Source of the DNA: an uncultured Gammaproteobacteria bacterium
GTDB lineage: Bacteria; Pseudomonadota; Gammaproteobacteria; Xanthomonadales; SZUA-38
Direction: 5' to 3'
Length of the DNA: 53,739 nt
Assembly (NCBI GenBank): GCA_964351665.1
Contig: CAYGPO010000007.1
Span: forward strand, 2,055-55,793
This document shows positions 18,210 through 26,750 of the stretch, piece after piece. Numbering within the stretch: the stretch's first letter is position 1; each line of letters begins with the position of its first letter. The translations under genes and the position numbers were made by a program. The notes below the pieces were generated by a model. The model saw only the letters and a program-made list of their open reading frames with translations, was not told the origin of the DNA and did not search any database.

Positions 18210-18832
18210 TACAGCCACCCCCTGATGTCGATTTCACGCTGGTTGCTGACCTTGGGCACAAAAGTGCCGTGACTGGTCATCAGGGCCCGGCCACCTTCGC
18301 TGATGTGGCGCTGCAGCAATCGATCTACCAGGGTGATGCCCTCGGCGTCCAGATTGCTGTAAGGCTCGTCAAGAAACCAGATCCGCGCTGGACACAGTAG
18401 CAATCGGGCCAGGGCCAGGCGCTTGCGCTGGCCCGCGGACAGGGTGCCGGCCTCGCTGTACTGGTAGCCATCCAGGCCGCAGGCTTTAAGGGCTCCCTGC
18501 ACTGACATATCCGATCGGCGACCAATAAAGCGGGCGTAAAAATCCAGGTTTTCAGCGCAGCCCAGACTGTCTTTCAGGCCCAGGTTGTGGCCCAAATACT
18601 GGAACTGGGTCTGGCATCGGGGGTCCCTTGGGTCGAATTTGTCCTGGTCCAGACTGACCTGGAAGGGCTCCTGGGCGGGTATCAAGCCCGCCAGCAGACG
18701 AATCAGAGTGGACTTTCCCGAGCCGTTTTCGCCGCGAATGAGCACAACTTCGCCGGCGTCAACGGTTAATCCAACCTGACGCAGAATGGTCAGTTGGTTG
18801 CGATTAAAGGCCAGGGCGTGGACTTGCAGCAT
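18209..18832 (-). CDS. ccmA: Heme ABC exporter ATP-binding protein CcmA
   Basis: GENGSGKST, LSAGQRKRLALARL, W.LDEP and MTSH motifs. First gene of the ccm operon. Confidence 0.93.
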   Translation of the reverse strand: MLQVHALAFNRNQLTILRQVGLTVDAGEVVLIRGENGSGKSTLIRLLAGLIPAQEPFQVSLDQDKFDPRDPRCQTQFQYLGHNLGLKDSLGCAENLDFYARFIGRRSDMSVQGALKACGLDGYQYSEAGTLSAGQRKRLALARLLLCPARIWFLDEPYSNLDAEGITLVDRLLQRHISEGGRALMTSHGTFVPKVSNQREIDIRGWL

Positions 18833-18944
18833 GATCTGGGGAAGGGCTCAGGGGATGCAATGCTAGCAGGCTGGGAACGGGGTTTCATCCTTCGGCGGTG
18901 TTTGGTAGATAATGCCGGCTGCCCGTTTTCAGGAAAGCGTGATA

Positions 18945-20297
18945 ATGAACCAGTACGACTACGACCTATTCGTCATCGGCGCCGGCTCCGGCGGCGTGCG
19001 AGCCAGCCGAATTGCCGCCGGCTTCGGCGCCCGGGTGGGGATCTGCGAAGAGAGCCGGGTGGGCGGTACCTGCGTCATTCGAGGCTGTGTTCCGAAAAAG
19101 CTCATGGTTTATGCCTCACATTTTCATGAGGACTTTGAAGATGCTGAGGGTTTTGGCTGGACCGTGGGTGAGCGGCGCTTCGACTGGCCGACCTTTATCG
19201 CAAAAAAAGATCAGGAAATTGATCGCCTGAACGGGGTCTACAAGAAACTGCTGAGCAACGCCGGCGTTGATCTCATTGAGCAGCGGGGGGAACTGGTAGA
19301 CCAACACACGGTGCGCCTTGGTGAGCGCACGATTAGCGCCGAAAAAATTCTGCTGGCGGTGGGAGGTTGGCCTGCGGTGCCGGATTTCCCCGGGGTTGAG
19401 CTGGGCATCAGCTCCAACGAGGTGTTTCACCTGGAGACCCAGCCCAAGCGGGTGGCGGTTTATGGCGGGGGTTACATAGCGGTGGAGTTTGCCGGAATTT
19501 TCAACGGCATGGGCTCTGAGGTGACTCAGATTTATCGGGGTCCATCCCTGCTGCGCGGGTTCGACGATGACGTGCGTGAGATGTTGACCACTGAAGTGGC
19601 CAAGAAAGGTATCGACATGGTGCTTAACCGCTCCATCGTTAAGGCCGAGCGCAGCGCTGACGATCTCATCATTACCCTGGATAACGGTGACACCGTGGCC
19701 TGTGATGAGCTGCTGCTGGCCACCGGTCGGGCGCCCAAGATCGAAGGCCTGGGGCTGGATGGCGTTGGGGTGAAAACCAATGCCAAGGGCGCGGTGGTGG
19801 TGAATGAATCTTCCCAGACCTCGGTGGAAAACATTTTTGCCGTGGGTGATGTGACCGATCGGGTCAATCTCACCCCGGTTGCCTTGTCTGAAGGTCAGGC
19901 CTTTGCTCAGACCGAGTTCGGCAACCAGCCAACGCCGGTGGATCATCACAATATTCCGTCAGCGGTATTCAGCCAGCCGCCGGTGGGCTCCGTTGGCCTG
20001 AGTGAAGCCCAGGCTCGGGCGGAATACGGCGAGATCCAGGTGTATCAGTCCAGCTTCCGGCCCATGAAACACACCCTGTCTGGCCGCGACGAACGAACCA
20101 TGATGAAACTGATTGTGGTTGCCAGTAGTCAACAGGTAGTAGGCCTGCATATTGTCGGCCTGGACGCCGCCGAAATGCTGCAGGGCTTTGCGGTGGCCAT
20201 CAAGATGGGCGCCACCAAGGCACAGTTCGACGCCACCATTGGCATCCATCCAACGGCGGCGGAAGAGTTGGTGACCCTGCGAACGCCCAGGGACTGA
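18945..20297 (+). CDS. gor: Glutathione-disulfide reductase
   Basis: GAGSGG, GGTCVIRGCVPKK, GGGYIAVEF, LTPVA and IGIHPTAAEE motifs. Start ATG 18945 follows AGGAAA. Confidence 0.95.
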   Translation: MNQYDYDLFVIGAGSGGVRASRIAAGFGARVGICEESRVGGTCVIRGCVPKKLMVYASHFHEDFEDAEGFGWTVGERRFDWPTFIAKKDQEIDRLNGVYKKLLSNAGVDLIEQRGELVDQHTVRLGERTISAEKILLAVGGWPAVPDFPGVELGISSNEVFHLETQPKRVAVYGGGYIAVEFAGIFNGMGSEVTQIYRGPSLLRGFDDDVREMLTTEVAKKGIDMVLNRSIVKAERSADDLIITLDNGDTVACDELLLATGRAPKIEGLGLDGVGVKTNAKGAVVVNESSQTSVENIFAVGDVTDRVNLTPVALSEGQAFAQTEFGNQPTPVDHHNIPSAVFSQPPVGSVGLSEAQARAEYGEIQVYQSSFRPMKHTLSGRDERTMMKLIVVASSQQVVGLHIVGLDAAEMLQGFAVAIKMGATKAQFDATIGIHPTAAEELVTLRTPRD

Positions 20298-20400
20298 GTC
20301 CCGCACAGGTGCTGAAAGCAACTGCCCCTCAGTTCCGGTCCAATGGACAGGTCAGGCAGTTGCACCGTCGAGAAGGCGGCAGTGGGAGGAAAAGGACGTC

Positions 20401-23400
20401 ATGAACAAGGTTCTAAAATGTATGGTGCTGGGGTTGGCGCTGGCGCCGCTGCTGGCGGTGGCTCGCCAAAGCGAGCCGCCGGAAGTGCTGCCTGGCCGCT
20501 ATATCGTTGAGTTTGTTGATCCGCCGGTGGCGGCTTTTGAGGGTCGCCGGGGTCCGGACGGTGGTTGGCAGATGGCGCCAACCAGGACTAAGCAGGGCAC
20601 GGTAAATTTCTCCGATCCGGCGGTGAAGGTCTATCAGGAGTTCCTGGCGGATCGGTCAAAGGCCATGATCGGTGCAATGGAGGCGCTGCTGGGTGGTCCG
20701 GTCAAGCCCCGCCACCGATATCAATACCTTACCCACGGGGTGTCCTTAAGCCTGACCGCTGAGCAGGCCGCCGCCCTGTCGACCCTGGATGGGGTCAAAG
20801 CCGTCTACCCGGTCACCGTCCATCGCCCCCATACCGATGCAGGTCCCCAGTGGATTGGTGCGCCGGCTGCCTGGGCAACCTCCGGCAGCATGGGGGAAGG
20901 GGTGGTGGTGGGTGTTTTGGATTCGGGAGTGAACTGGGATCACCGCGCATTTGCTGAAGTCGGCGGTGACGGATTTGAGCACAGTAATCCGCGTGGTCGC
21001 CAGTATGGGCTCTGCAGCAGAGCCCAGGTTCGATGTAACAACAAACTGATCGGTGTTTATGATTTCACCGAAGAGGGCGACCGCCTGGGCCGGGATGTTG
21101 ACGGCCATGGTACCCACGTGGCCAGCACCGCGGTGGGGAATATTCGCCAGTCCAACGTGGTGGGCAATACCGCCAGCGTGGTGCGGGAAGTATCCGGTGT
21201 GGCGCCCCACGCCAACCTGATCAGTTACAAAGTTTGCTTAGCTGACAACCCGGATACGCCTGAGGATGAAAACGTCTGCATTCTGGACGCCATTTTGAAC
21301 GCCTTGGATCAGCTGGTAGTTGATCGGGTGACCCTGGTGAATTATTCCATTGGCGGTGCATCCTCAGACCCCTGGACAGACCGGGACGGCGCCGCCATGT
21401 TGAACGCCCGCGCCGCTGGCACACTGATCGTTACCTCCGCTGGCAATGATGGCAGCGCCCCCGACACCATCTCCTCGCCGGCCAATGCGCCCTGGCTGTT
21501 GACGGTGGCCAACATCACCCATAACCGGCGCTTTCAAAACACCCTGGATAGCTTGCTCGGGGGCAGCTCAGGTGCACCGCCGGATTTGAATGGGGTAGGC
21601 TTCAGCGGCGCTTTCGGGCCGGCAAAAATTGTCCATGGAGCAGATTTTGGCAGCCCGCTGTGCGGCGCCGGCGAGGCTGAGTTGGAGTCGTCCTGTGAAG
21701 CCCACACCGGCAGCACCAATCCCTTTCCTCCGGGCACTTTTAACGGTGAAATTGTGGTCTGCGACCGGGGCATTTATGGCCGCATAGAAAAAGGCTTCAA
21801 TCTGCGCGCGGCCGGGGCAGGGGGTTACGTGCTGGCCAATACCCAGGAGCAGGGGGAGTCTATTGTGTCCGACGATCACTGTTTGCCTGGCACCCATTTA
21901 GGCAGCAGCGACGGTGACCAGCTACGAGCCTGGCTGGCCGCCGGTGGAGATGATCACAGTGGCCGAATTGCTGGCCAGACGGTAGTGGTGGACGATCTAC
22001 TGGGTGATCAGGTAGCTGCCAGCAGCTCCAGAGGGCCGGACGGCTTTGTACCCAATGTGATCAAGCCTGACCTGGCGGCCCCGGGTTCCAATATTCTGGC
22101 CGCCGGGGTGGAGGGTAATACGTCGTCATTTAAAAGCGGCACCTCCATGGCCTCGCCCCACGTGGCGGGCAGCGCCGCCCTGGTGCTGTCCGTCAGGCCG
22201 GAGCTGACCCCAGGTGAGCTTTATTCGATGCTGGTGACCACCGCCTTCAACGACAACATGATCGACAGTGATGGCCGCTCACTGGCCGACGCCTTTGACG
22301 TGGGCGCCGGTCGGGTCAACCCAGAGGCCGCCCTGCGCGCCGGGCTGGTGATGGACATTAGCCCCTCGGCATTTATCAACGCCGATCCCGCCCGGGGCGG
22401 CGAGCCGGGGCTGCTGAATCTGCCCACCATCGCCAGTTCCCGTTGCATCGAGAGCTGTAGTTTTCAACGCCAGGTCAGCGCCCTGGATGGCGGCCAGTGG
22501 ACCGCCACGGTGGTCAGCCGCAATGGCGTTAGCGGTGTGGTCAGTCCGGCCACCCTGGTTTTAGCGGCGGGCGAATCTGCTCAGCTGAACATCACTTTGG
22601 ATGTCAGCGAGCCCTCACTGATCGGTCAATCGGTGACCGGCTACGTGGTGCTCACGCCCGCAGATTCTTCAGTCGCCACCCAGCGTCTGGTGTTTCAGGT
22701 GACCGCCGATGCGGGGGATCTGCCCACGGTGCTGAACATTGAAACCGCCGCCAATCGGGGCTCACAGTTTTTTGATCTGGCAGGTCTTGCGGCGCTGCCC
22801 CAGGCCAACTTTCGGACCCGTGGCTTGAGTCGGGCGCGGGCGATTAACCGCAGCCTGGCAGAAGACACTACCAACGCTGACCCCTACAACAATCTCACTG
22901 CCGGGGTTTATGCGATTACCGCCCGAGTGCAGAACCCTGGCGCCGTACTTTATGCCCAGGTTGATGCCGATCTCGCCACCACTGACCTTGATCTGTTTGT
23001 CGGTCTGGACCTGGACGGTGATTTCCAGCCAGACGCCAACGAAGAGCTCTGCCGCAGTACCTCACCAGGCCCCAGCGAGATCTGTGTGCTGCCGGCGGCC
23101 CAGGAAGGCCAGCACTGGATAATGGTTCAGAACTGGCGCGCCAGCACGCCGGGGGCTGTTGACGCCTCAAGCCTGACCCTGGCGGTGGTGGATGCCGAAA
23201 ACGACAACACTTTGGTAGCCACGGGACCGGGTAGCACGTCGGCTCTAGCTCCTTTTGACCTGCGGCTGAGTTGGGACAACCCGCCCATGATTGCCGGTGA
23301 ACGTTGGGTTGGCGTGCTGGAACCCAGCGCCGGTGATCAGCTGCCGGCGGTGGGCGCAATTCCGGTGGTGCTTTCCCGGCTTGGCGGGAGCGTTACAGGT

Positions 23401-24522
23401 ACCGCGGCCAATCCGGATCTTGATTCCCTGCCAGCTCGGCTGCTGCTCGATGGTGTCAGCCAAAGTTTGACCCTGGCCGCCCACCAGGGTCACAGCCGCC
23501 TGTTTATGGACCTGCCAGCCAGCGCCTCGAGTATGACCCTTCAGATCACTGCGCCGCCCCAAGTGCAATGGCAGCTGGTGGCCCAGCCCGCGCAATTTTC
23601 AGCGCCGGCGGTGGCGCCGGCGTCATCCCAGGCTCGGGTGCTGGCCACCGGCAGCGGCAACGCCAGCGTGCAGCGGCCGGTTAGCGCAGAGCGTTATTAC
23701 CTGGTGCCGCTTAATACCGACGCCAGCCCCCAGTCCCTGAGCTTCACCCTGGGTCTTGAGCGCGGCGGTGCATTGCGGCTCCAGGGTGAGGGCAGCAACA
23801 CGGTTGACGGGCCAACGCCGGGACTGTGGTTTAACCCGGCCCGCAACGGCGCAGGCTTTAACCTGAACCAGGTGGACGGTCAGCTCATTGTTGAGTGGTA
23901 CACCTATCTGGAGGACGGCACGCCGATCTGGTATCTGGCCCAGGCGCCTTACAGCGACGGCGATGATTGGTGGCAGGCTACGGTCAATCAGTTTCGCTGG
24001 GACGGTGCCCGGGCCGCAGCGACGGCGGTGGGCGAGATGAACCTGGTATTTTCCAACCCAAGCAATGCGACGCTGAATTTTTCCCTGCACGGGGTAACGG
24101 GCAGTGAGCCCGTGCAAGTCATCATCAGCGACCTGAGCTGCGCCACCAACGGGGTAGAGGTGGAACGCACCGGACTGTGGTTCATGCCGGCGCTGCCAGG
24201 CTTTGGTTACTCGATACTCCATACCGGCACCGATCAGGTTCAGATCAATTACCTATACGGCCCCGACGGCTCGCCGCGCTGGGTGCTGGGCCAGGGGTCA
24301 GCCCAGGAGCAGCAGATCAGCCTGGCTCAGTTTAGCGGTTTCTGCCCCACCTGTGACGCATTGGCAACTCCCTCAATGGCCGTGGGTAGCAACCAGCTGA
24401 GCTACACATCTGGTCAGGCTGCCCAGGTAATCACTGAGCTGCAGTTCGCCCCGCCGTTGGCAGGCCAATGGCTGCAATCTGGCCCCTTAAACAACCTGAC
24501 ACCCACGCTCAAATGTAATTGA
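20401..24522 (+). CDS. Secreted S8 subtilase (I9 prodomain, catalytic domain with PA insertion, Fn3/PPC-like domains, two C-terminal repeats)
   Basis: Signal peptide and YIVEF prodomain. Catalytic triad VLDSG / GHGTHVASTA / SGTSMASPHVAG, oxyanion SAGN, PA domain IVVCDRG, PPC-like DLDLFVG. Confidence 0.93.
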   Translation: MNKVLKCMVLGLALAPLLAVARQSEPPEVLPGRYIVEFVDPPVAAFEGRRGPDGGWQMAPTRTKQGTVNFSDPAVKVYQEFLADRSKAMIGAMEALLGGPVKPRHRYQYLTHGVSLSLTAEQAAALSTLDGVKAVYPVTVHRPHTDAGPQWIGAPAAWATSGSMGEGVVVGVLDSGVNWDHRAFAEVGGDGFEHSNPRGRQYGLCSRAQVRCNNKLIGVYDFTEEGDRLGRDVDGHGTHVASTAVGNIRQSNVVGNTASVVREVSGVAPHANLISYKVCLADNPDTPEDENVCILDAILNALDQLVVDRVTLVNYSIGGASSDPWTDRDGAAMLNARAAGTLIVTSAGNDGSAPDTISSPANAPWLLTVANITHNRRFQNTLDSLLGGSSGAPPDLNGVGFSGAFGPAKIVHGADFGSPLCGAGEAELESSCEAHTGSTNPFPPGTFNGEIVVCDRGIYGRIEKGFNLRAAGAGGYVLANTQEQGESIVSDDHCLPGTHLGSSDGDQLRAWLAAGGDDHSGRIAGQTVVVDDLLGDQVAASSSRGPDGFVPNVIKPDLAAPGSNILAAGVEGNTSSFKSGTSMASPHVAGSAALVLSVRPELTPGELYSMLVTTAFNDNMIDSDGRSLADAFDVGAGRVNPEAALRAGLVMDISPSAFINADPARGGEPGLLNLPTIASSRCIESCSFQRQVSALDGGQWTATVVSRNGVSGVVSPATLVLAAGESAQLNITLDVSEPSLIGQSVTGYVVLTPADSSVATQRLVFQVTADAGDLPTVLNIETAANRGSQFFDLAGLAALPQANFRTRGLSRARAINRSLAEDTTNADPYNNLTAGVYAITARVQNPGAVLYAQVDADLATTDLDLFVGLDLDGDFQPDANEELCRSTSPGPSEICVLPAAQEGQHWIMVQNWRASTPGAVDASSLTLAVVDAENDNTLVATGPGSTSALAPFDLRLSWDNPPMIAGERWVGVLEPSAGDQLPAVGAIPVVLSRLGGSVTGTAANPDLDSLPARLLLDGVSQSLTLAAHQGHSRLFMDLPASASSMTLQITAPPQVQWQLVAQPAQFSAPAVAPASSQARVLATGSGNASVQRPVSAERYYLVPLNTDASPQSLSFTLGLERGGALRLQGEGSNTVDGPTPGLWFNPARNGAGFNLNQVDGQLIVEWYTYLEDGTPIWYLAQAPYSDGDDWWQATVNQFRWDGARAAATAVGEMNLVFSNPSNATLNFSLHGVTGSEPVQVIISDLSCATNGVEVERTGLWFMPALPGFGYSILHTGTDQVQINYLYGPDGSPRWVLGQGSAQEQQISLAQFSGFCPTCDALATPSMAVGSNQLSYTSGQAAQVITELQFAPPLAGQWLQSGPLNNLTPTLKCN

Positions 24523-24546
24523 AACACTTCTTTAAGATTTGTTTCT

Positions 24547-24570
24547 TTAAAAAATATTATTATTTTTTAA
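24547..24570. repeat. Perfect 10-bp AT-only inverted repeat (TTAAAAAATA-TTAT-TATTTTTTAA) in an AT-rich intergenic island
   Basis: Read directly from the sequence. An outer pair TTAAGAT (24532-24538) / ATCTTAA (24572-24578) flanks it. Confidence 0.8.
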
Positions 24571-24666
24571 TATCTTAAGCCTTTTTTCTCGAAAGGTTTT
24601 AGAAAATGCTGGGGTCGGCGAACGAAGATCACAATTTTCCTCGGGCGCTCCCCGTAGGTTACCTCC

Positions 24667-26562
24667 ATGGATTTCTGCGGGGGTAGAAACAACGTGTCGA
24701 AACTATTCAACTATTCGCTGGCTGGCTGGGTGCTGGTGGGTCTGAGTCTGGCGCCAGCTATGTCGGGGGCTCAAGCCGGGCCGACGGAGCGCAAACTGAT
24801 TGATACCGGCTCAGCGGTGACTGGAGCGGAGGACGATGCGCCTCGACCGCGGCGCCTGGGCGACTCGCTGAGCGTTGATGACGCCCAGGAGTGGCGTCCT
24901 GGGTTCACCCCCAGGTCAGACTCTGGACTGTCGTTGCTGGAAGAAAAGATTGCCCAGGCGCAAACAGCCCTGGCCAGGGGCAACATCATGGCCCCGGGGC
25001 AGGGCGCGCTGGACCTGTTTCGGAAAGTGCTGGCCCTTGATCCGGGCAATCTCAGCGCCCAAAAAGGGATTGCTGATGCAGTCCAGCAGCTGGCTGACAA
25101 GCTTCGCCGTGCTTACGTCCAGGCCGATGATGTGGCCACGGATCAGCTGATGGCCGACCTGCGGTTGGTGGATCCAGATCACCCGGCGCTGATCGAAGTT
25201 GGCCAGCTGCAGGAGATCGATCTGCAGCTGGAGGAGCTGCTGAGCAGTGCCCGCGCAGCGGTGCAGGAGCAACAATGGCTGGGTCCCGAGGGGGCTGAAG
25301 GCTACTACCGCCAGATGCTGGACCTGAACCCGCAAAACAGCCAGGCCACTGCCGGGCTTGCGGCGATTGAACAGGCGCTGATCGAGCAGGCGGTGGCGCT
25401 GACCCGCGATGAGCAGTTTGCCTCGGCCACGGAAATCCTGCGCAACGCTCATTTGCTGCGGGGCGACCCCGACGAAGCGGTGGTGGCCCAGCAGGTCAGC
25501 GTTGACGGCGCTCAAAGGGCGTTTTTCAACGCCAGGGTTAAGCGCGCGGCAGGATTCATTGAGCAGGGAAAATTTGACCTGGCCGATTTTGCCCTGACCG
25601 AACTGCGCAACAGCGGTTTCAGCGGCTCTCTGGATGGGCTGGAGGCCGACATTGCGCTGGGCCGAATGGTGCTGGCTTATGACCCTGGTTCGCGGCTCAA
25701 CGACGGGGCGTTTGCCGGTGCCCCGGAGATGATTGTAGTGCCCGCTGGGTCGTTTCAGATGGGCTCTCCCGATACCGAAGCCGGTCGCTCGGCCAGGGAA
25801 GGGCCGCGCAAAGAAATAACCCTGACGGTGCCCTTTGCCATGTCATCAACGGAAGTGACGGTGGCTCAGTTTCGTCAGTTCGTCGAGGCTACCGGCTACC
25901 TGACCGACGCTGAGAAATCCGGTCGTTCGCAGATTTTTGATGAACGCCAGGGCAGTTCGGTGGAGCAGGTAGGGGTGGACTGGAGCATGGATTTTCGCGG
26001 CCGCAAGGCGAAGCCAGATATGCCGGTGGTGCATGTTTCATGGCACGACGCCGCTGCCTATGCGGCTTGGTTAAGCCAGGTCTCTGGCGAAAGCTATCGC
26101 CTGCCGTCGGAGTCGGAGTTTGAATATGCGCTCAGAGCCGGCAGCAACAGCGCCTATTGGTGGGGTGATGGCGCGCCGCCGAAAATGGTCGAAAATCTCA
26201 CCGGCGAACGGGACCGGTTGGAAGACCTACGCTGGCCGGTGGCGTTTGAGCGGTACGGCGATGGTCATTGGGGGCCGGCGGCGGTGGCCAGCTTCAGCGC
26301 TAATCCTTTCAAGCTGCACGATCTGGGAGGCAATGCGTCGGAATGGGTTAACGACTGCTACCGGGGTGATCTGTCTACTCAGCCATCGGTGCAGCCCGCC
26401 GACTGTGAGCGCAGAGTGATTCGAGGCGCGTCCTGGGCCAGTCAGCCTGAACAGGCCCGCTCGGCTTATCGTGGGGCCGCAGATCCTGCGCGAGCCTCAT
26501 GCCTGGTGGGTTTTCGGGTGGTTCGCGAGCTGTGGTCAGGGCGGCTTAGCGCATCGTTCTAA
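24667..26562 (+). CDS. Secreted helical-repeat protein with a C-terminal FGE-sulfatase (SUMF1/CLec-fold) domain, paralog 1
   Basis: Signal peptide; PAGSFQMGS, EVTVAQF..FV.ATGY, PVVHVSW.DA, RLPSESEFEYA, LHDLGGN..EW and GFRVVREL motifs. Lacks the FGE catalytic Cys pair. Confidence 0.88.
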   Translation: MDFCGGRNNVSKLFNYSLAGWVLVGLSLAPAMSGAQAGPTERKLIDTGSAVTGAEDDAPRPRRLGDSLSVDDAQEWRPGFTPRSDSGLSLLEEKIAQAQTALARGNIMAPGQGALDLFRKVLALDPGNLSAQKGIADAVQQLADKLRRAYVQADDVATDQLMADLRLVDPDHPALIEVGQLQEIDLQLEELLSSARAAVQEQQWLGPEGAEGYYRQMLDLNPQNSQATAGLAAIEQALIEQAVALTRDEQFASATEILRNAHLLRGDPDEAVVAQQVSVDGAQRAFFNARVKRAAGFIEQGKFDLADFALTELRNSGFSGSLDGLEADIALGRMVLAYDPGSRLNDGAFAGAPEMIVVPAGSFQMGSPDTEAGRSAREGPRKEITLTVPFAMSSTEVTVAQFRQFVEATGYLTDAEKSGRSQIFDERQGSSVEQVGVDWSMDFRGRKAKPDMPVVHVSWHDAAAYAAWLSQVSGESYRLPSESEFEYALRAGSNSAYWWGDGAPPKMVENLTGERDRLEDLRWPVAFERYGDGHWGPAAVASFSANPFKLHDLGGNASEWVNDCYRGDLSTQPSVQPADCERRVIRGASWASQPEQARSAYRGAADPARASCLVGFRVVRELWSGRLSASF

Positions 26563-26750
26563 GTCGTATCATCGCGCCGCTGCAAAGACTCTGGCTAATG
26601 GGGATATCGGACTGCCGGCGGCTGCCGGTTGCGGCCTGTGTCAGTGTTCTCTCGCGTTGCTTTCGCTGCCATCATCGGCCTGAGGTTTGCGCCACGGCTC
26701 GCCTTTTGACACACTCAATGCCGGGAAGGTGTTGCGCTTAGGCGCAGGCA

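Noticed and set aside
24523-24610. oriC or dif site in the AT-rich island
   Set aside because: No DnaA boxes (TTATCCACA) and no XerC/XerD dif consensus are visible.
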